Assembly: GCA_900088475.1 (NCBI GenBank)
Contig: FLMG01003777.1
Coordinates: 11,145-75,144 of the forward strand
Length of the DNA: 64,000 nucleotides
Origin: Hyphochytrium catenoides
Lineage: Eukaryota > Protista > Hyphochytriomycota
Reading direction: 5' to 3'
A program made the position numbers and the translations under genes. Positions 61,062 to 64,000 of this stretch are shown one piece after another. Within the stretch, counting starts at the first letter, position 1; each line of letters opens with the position of its first letter. The notes beneath the pieces are model-generated. The model did not search any database and had not been told where the DNA came from. It saw only the letters and a program-made list of their open reading frames with translations.

Positions 61062-63082
61062 CACCGTTGGCAACTTTAATCACCTCCCTTCTTGTCGGCA
61101 GATCCTCAAAAGAAGCTACCCAGCAGTCACCTCAAGCAACGGCCTGAGGATGACCGCCTCTTGTCACACTCCGCAGGAAATAGAAGGGAAAAGCGATGGC
61201 AACAGGAAGGTGCGTGAGCGAGGTGATTGGCGTGAGATAGCGAAGGTAGCAAGATCTGAATCACTTATTTCCCCTTCTCCTATCCTTAAGAAATATCGCG
61301 GTGAGGCAGCAGAAATGAGTAGCGGAAGAAGTTGTCTGGACGGCTGATGCAATGCCTGTTGGTCTCAGCCCTTCATTCTGAGGACACGCCAACAGGGTTT
61401 TGCTCATCAACTAATAAGAAGATTAGAACTACTAGAGTGTCCGCCACCACCTACCCGAAAGACAAAAGCCCACTATTTATGAGATGACAGCCACTTTCTA
61501 ACTATGCTGACCTTCAACGCCTCCTCTTCTGACGATTCCTAGCAGAGTGTAGAACCGACAGACCCTTCTATACCTATATATACCTCGAGACCAGAGCCAT
61601 TGAGCGAGAAGACAAAGCACCGCCATCATCCCTATCATCATTATTTATTACTACTCTAAAGTGAAAATTTGTTCCAGTGCCTGTGAGAAGGTGGTCAGCA
61701 GCAGGAGGCCTATAGTAGCGAGCGGCTACTCCTGAAGAAGAAGAAGGGTAGGACTATATCAGCAGGAAGATAGGAGGACAGATGATGGTTGGCTGGGTCG
61801 GTGATGCCCTGTCTACAAGTCTGTCGTCGTCTGGCTCCTTGCTCGTCCTGCCCTCCTCCTTCCAAATAGAGGGAGAAGAGATACAGTTCTAGTAGCTGAG
61901 CACATTCCATCCTGAGGTAGTCCGACGGAGTTATAATATACCAGCCTTTATGTTTGTGTTGACCCCTCTCCATCCCCCTTTTGTACTATAGGCAGACTAA
62001 AGGCAGTTCCGAGCGCAGCAAGAGCTCAAGAACAAGGTGATGAAGGCTGCGGACAGGTTCAGTAGCCTCTTCTACTTCTGTCGGTCAGCTGTGTGTGAGG
62101 TCGTCGCCTGTGAAGAACCAACAAGGGACACCACATCATACCAGGTTCTGCAGGAGAGACGTGCAGCTCTTCTAAAGAGGACATCAATCCATCAATTAAG
62201 GGCCAGCCAGCTATCCAAGAGTTCACAAATAGCGATGATTACTAGGGCTAAGTTGACTCAATTAGCCTAGCTTGCCAAAGGTCCAAAGCCGATTCCTATC
62301 TCAGCAGCGTGCCATCGCCCTCAGTCACCACCGTGCCTCTAGTAGTAGCTAAGGGGTCGGTTAGGTGATAACAGCCGTCGCTGTGAATTCTGATCTCTAC
62401 TCTCAATCCTGCTGAGAAGGTGCCTTTCACTCAAGCCCAGAGCCCACTTCATGGCCTTTATAAAAACAATAACATCATGATTAAAAGAAAGTGCAGCGAG
62501 AAGGAGATACAGCTTAGAACTGCCAGAGAAATGTATTCTTTACGAACTACTCTTTGCCCAGTTCCCTCCCTCATACTAAAGAGGAGTCCAGTAAGCTATT
62601 ACTTTGACAACTATACTCTCCTCCGCGCCGCCCAGCTTGCTGTCCCTCATGATGACGTGAAAGAACATACTGGGATGGAACATTTTGAGATGAGGCTTCG
62701 GTGGGGCATGCGTGAGTGTGGTGTCCTTCTCGGTAGGAAAGTATAAACGCCGTGAAGAACAGACGTAGTCGGGGAGAGCTGCTGAAATTTCATCATCACT
62801 AATATTACCAGCAGCCATCTAGTCAATGGCGTAGTAGGACAAAGCTAAGTGGACTGAAGAACAGGGCAACGGCGAGGCACACCAAGATGTTATGAGATGA
62901 TTAGTGTCCTATTATAATAACAATGAAGTTTTCTTTCTTCTGCCAAAGCAGCCACACTTCTGAAAGACATAGGTGCCAAACTGCAACCAAGGCAACAGCT
63001 GCATCACTTCTATCCCAAAAGGACGTCGGACAGGCTAGTGACAGCGCAATGAGGTGGGGAAGGAAGCTTTTTCTCTTGCAGT

Positions 63083-64000
63083 TTAGATCCGACCTAGTAA
63101 TCCCATCAGCAGCGCCGGTGCCATCAGTTGAAGACTAATCTTTAGCCAAGCGACGCGCGTCTCTCCAGCAGCAGACTTATTATCTCCGTTATCTCCTCCA
63201 GGAGTACCACCCACAATGCACTTTCCTGACTTTAGGTCTACCACTGAGACGCCCGACAGGGCAGACCGGACAGTGTTTGGATCCTCAGCGAAAGTATAGT
63301 TTGTCCTCAAGCGATAAAAGCCCACAGGAGTCGAGCTGGGAATCGGGAAGTTCTCACTCCCAGACTGAGGATCCCTCGTGATGCTCTTGATGGAAGCGAT
63401 TAGCGTGCCGTTGCTTGTGCAGCCCATTAACTCAGTCTTCATGCTCGTGACCCCAGCCCCAAACTGATGCTTCATATCCTTCCAGTCATAGCTCACGGGG
63501 GGGTTGGTTGCAGTGATAAGGTTGCTCCCTCCAGCGTCATGAAAGCGCACAACCACCGCCGAGTAGTTCTTGAGGTCAGAAGGGACATATACTTCCGTCG
63601 TCGCACACGCTTGTTGCTTCTGCTGGACGGTTAGCTTTGGAGACACAGACTCCAGTGGAGCATTCCCCTCAGAGGTCAGACCTTTANNNNNNNNNNNNNN
63701 NNNNNNNNNNNNNNNNNNNNNNNNNNNNNNNNNNCTGACATTCTTGGGGACGGTGCCAGTGTCTAGGTCTAGAGATATTGCAGGGTTATCTCCCGCCACG
63801 ACCACTGCCGAAGGGGGCAGATTCCATACAGGTTCGGCTGCTGCAGCGGAACGCAAACTTGTTGAGAGGAACAGGAGCAAAGTACCTCCACCAAGAAGGG
63901 CCGAACGCAAACTTGTTGAGAGGAACAGGAGCAAAGTACCTCCACCAAGAGAGCAACGAGGTTCTTGCACTTGCACCTCCTGCCAGAGAAAGTACTTTCT
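63083..64000 (-). CDS. Hypothetical secreted, probably GPI-anchored protein, paralog B (5' end off-window, interrupted by an assembly gap)
   Basis: Frame is open to the window edge. It has a duplicated hydrophobic leader, the family motifs shared with 60036-61061, and a C-terminus DNKSAA+spacer+LKISLQLMAPALLMGLL typical of a GPI signal. Confidence 0.7.
   Translation of the reverse strand, partial: RKYFLWQEVQVQEPRCSLGGGTLLLFLSTSLRSALLGGGTLLLFLSTSLRSAAAAEPVWNLPPSAVVVAGDNPAISLDLDTGTVPKNVXXXXXXXXXXXXXXXXXKGLTSEGNAPLESVSPKLTVQQKQQACATTEVYVPSDLKNYSAVVVRFHDAGGSNLITATNPPVSYDWKDMKHQFGAGVTSMKTELMGCTSNGTLIASIKSITRDPQSGSENFPIPSSTPVGFYRLRTNYTFAEDPNTVRSALSGVSVVDLKSGKCIVGGTPGGDNGDNKSAAGETRVAWLKISLQLMAPALLMGLLGRI
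63687..63734. other. Assembly gap (48 N)
   Basis: Run of n characters; true length unknown. Confidence 1.
63849..63950. repeat. 54-bp-period tandem duplication in the leader of paralog B
   Basis: gaacgcaaacttgttgagaggaacaggagcaaagtacctccaccaaga occurs at 63849 and 63903, encoding [17 protein letters not shown] twice. Confidence 0.9.

Noticed and set aside
1-64000. Alternative genetic code or non-canonical introns
   Set aside because: Every apparent in-frame stop in conserved genes was resolved by an ordinary GT-AG intron, and TAA, TAG and TGA all end genes.

Overview
A gene-dense, intron-rich eukaryotic nuclear segment. It uses the standard genetic code (TAA, TAG and TGA all serve as stops). 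All introns I traced are GT-AG, about 50-400 nt, and many have CTAAC/CTGAC branch points. The ORF track therefore fragments most genes, and I rebuilt the gene models by hand. Seventeen protein-coding genes, in order: PGS1 (partial), a Pho88/SND3-ankyrin fusion, a Cys-rich type I membrane protein, an SLC35B1/HUT1-like ER nucleotide-sugar transporter, an ER FKBP, NAD kinase, an Arf6-like GTPase, an ankyrin-2OG-Fe(II) oxygenase, an intronless bacterial-type double cupin with extra C-terminal modules, a His/Pro-rich coiled-coil protein, a 23-exon P4-ATPase/guanylyl cyclase chimera, exosome RRP45, a CEP295/Ana1-like centriole protein, an ankyrin-SAM protein, YOP1/REEP, and two paralogous secreted/GPI-type proteins of unknown family. 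The gene content suggests a flagellated protist, probably SAR, and not a TAR-recoding ciliate; this is inference. The best leads are (1) the apparently intact flippase-guanylyl cyclase fusion, (2) animal/plant-type ERSE elements upstream of two neighbouring ER genes, (3) a full-length CEP295-like gene in a protist, (4) a candidate horizontally acquired cupin fusion, (5) an unannotated surface-protein family, and (6) many short two-copy tandem duplications. I found no tRNA, rRNA, CRISPR array or intact transposon. Exon boundaries were read by eye and need transcript confirmation.
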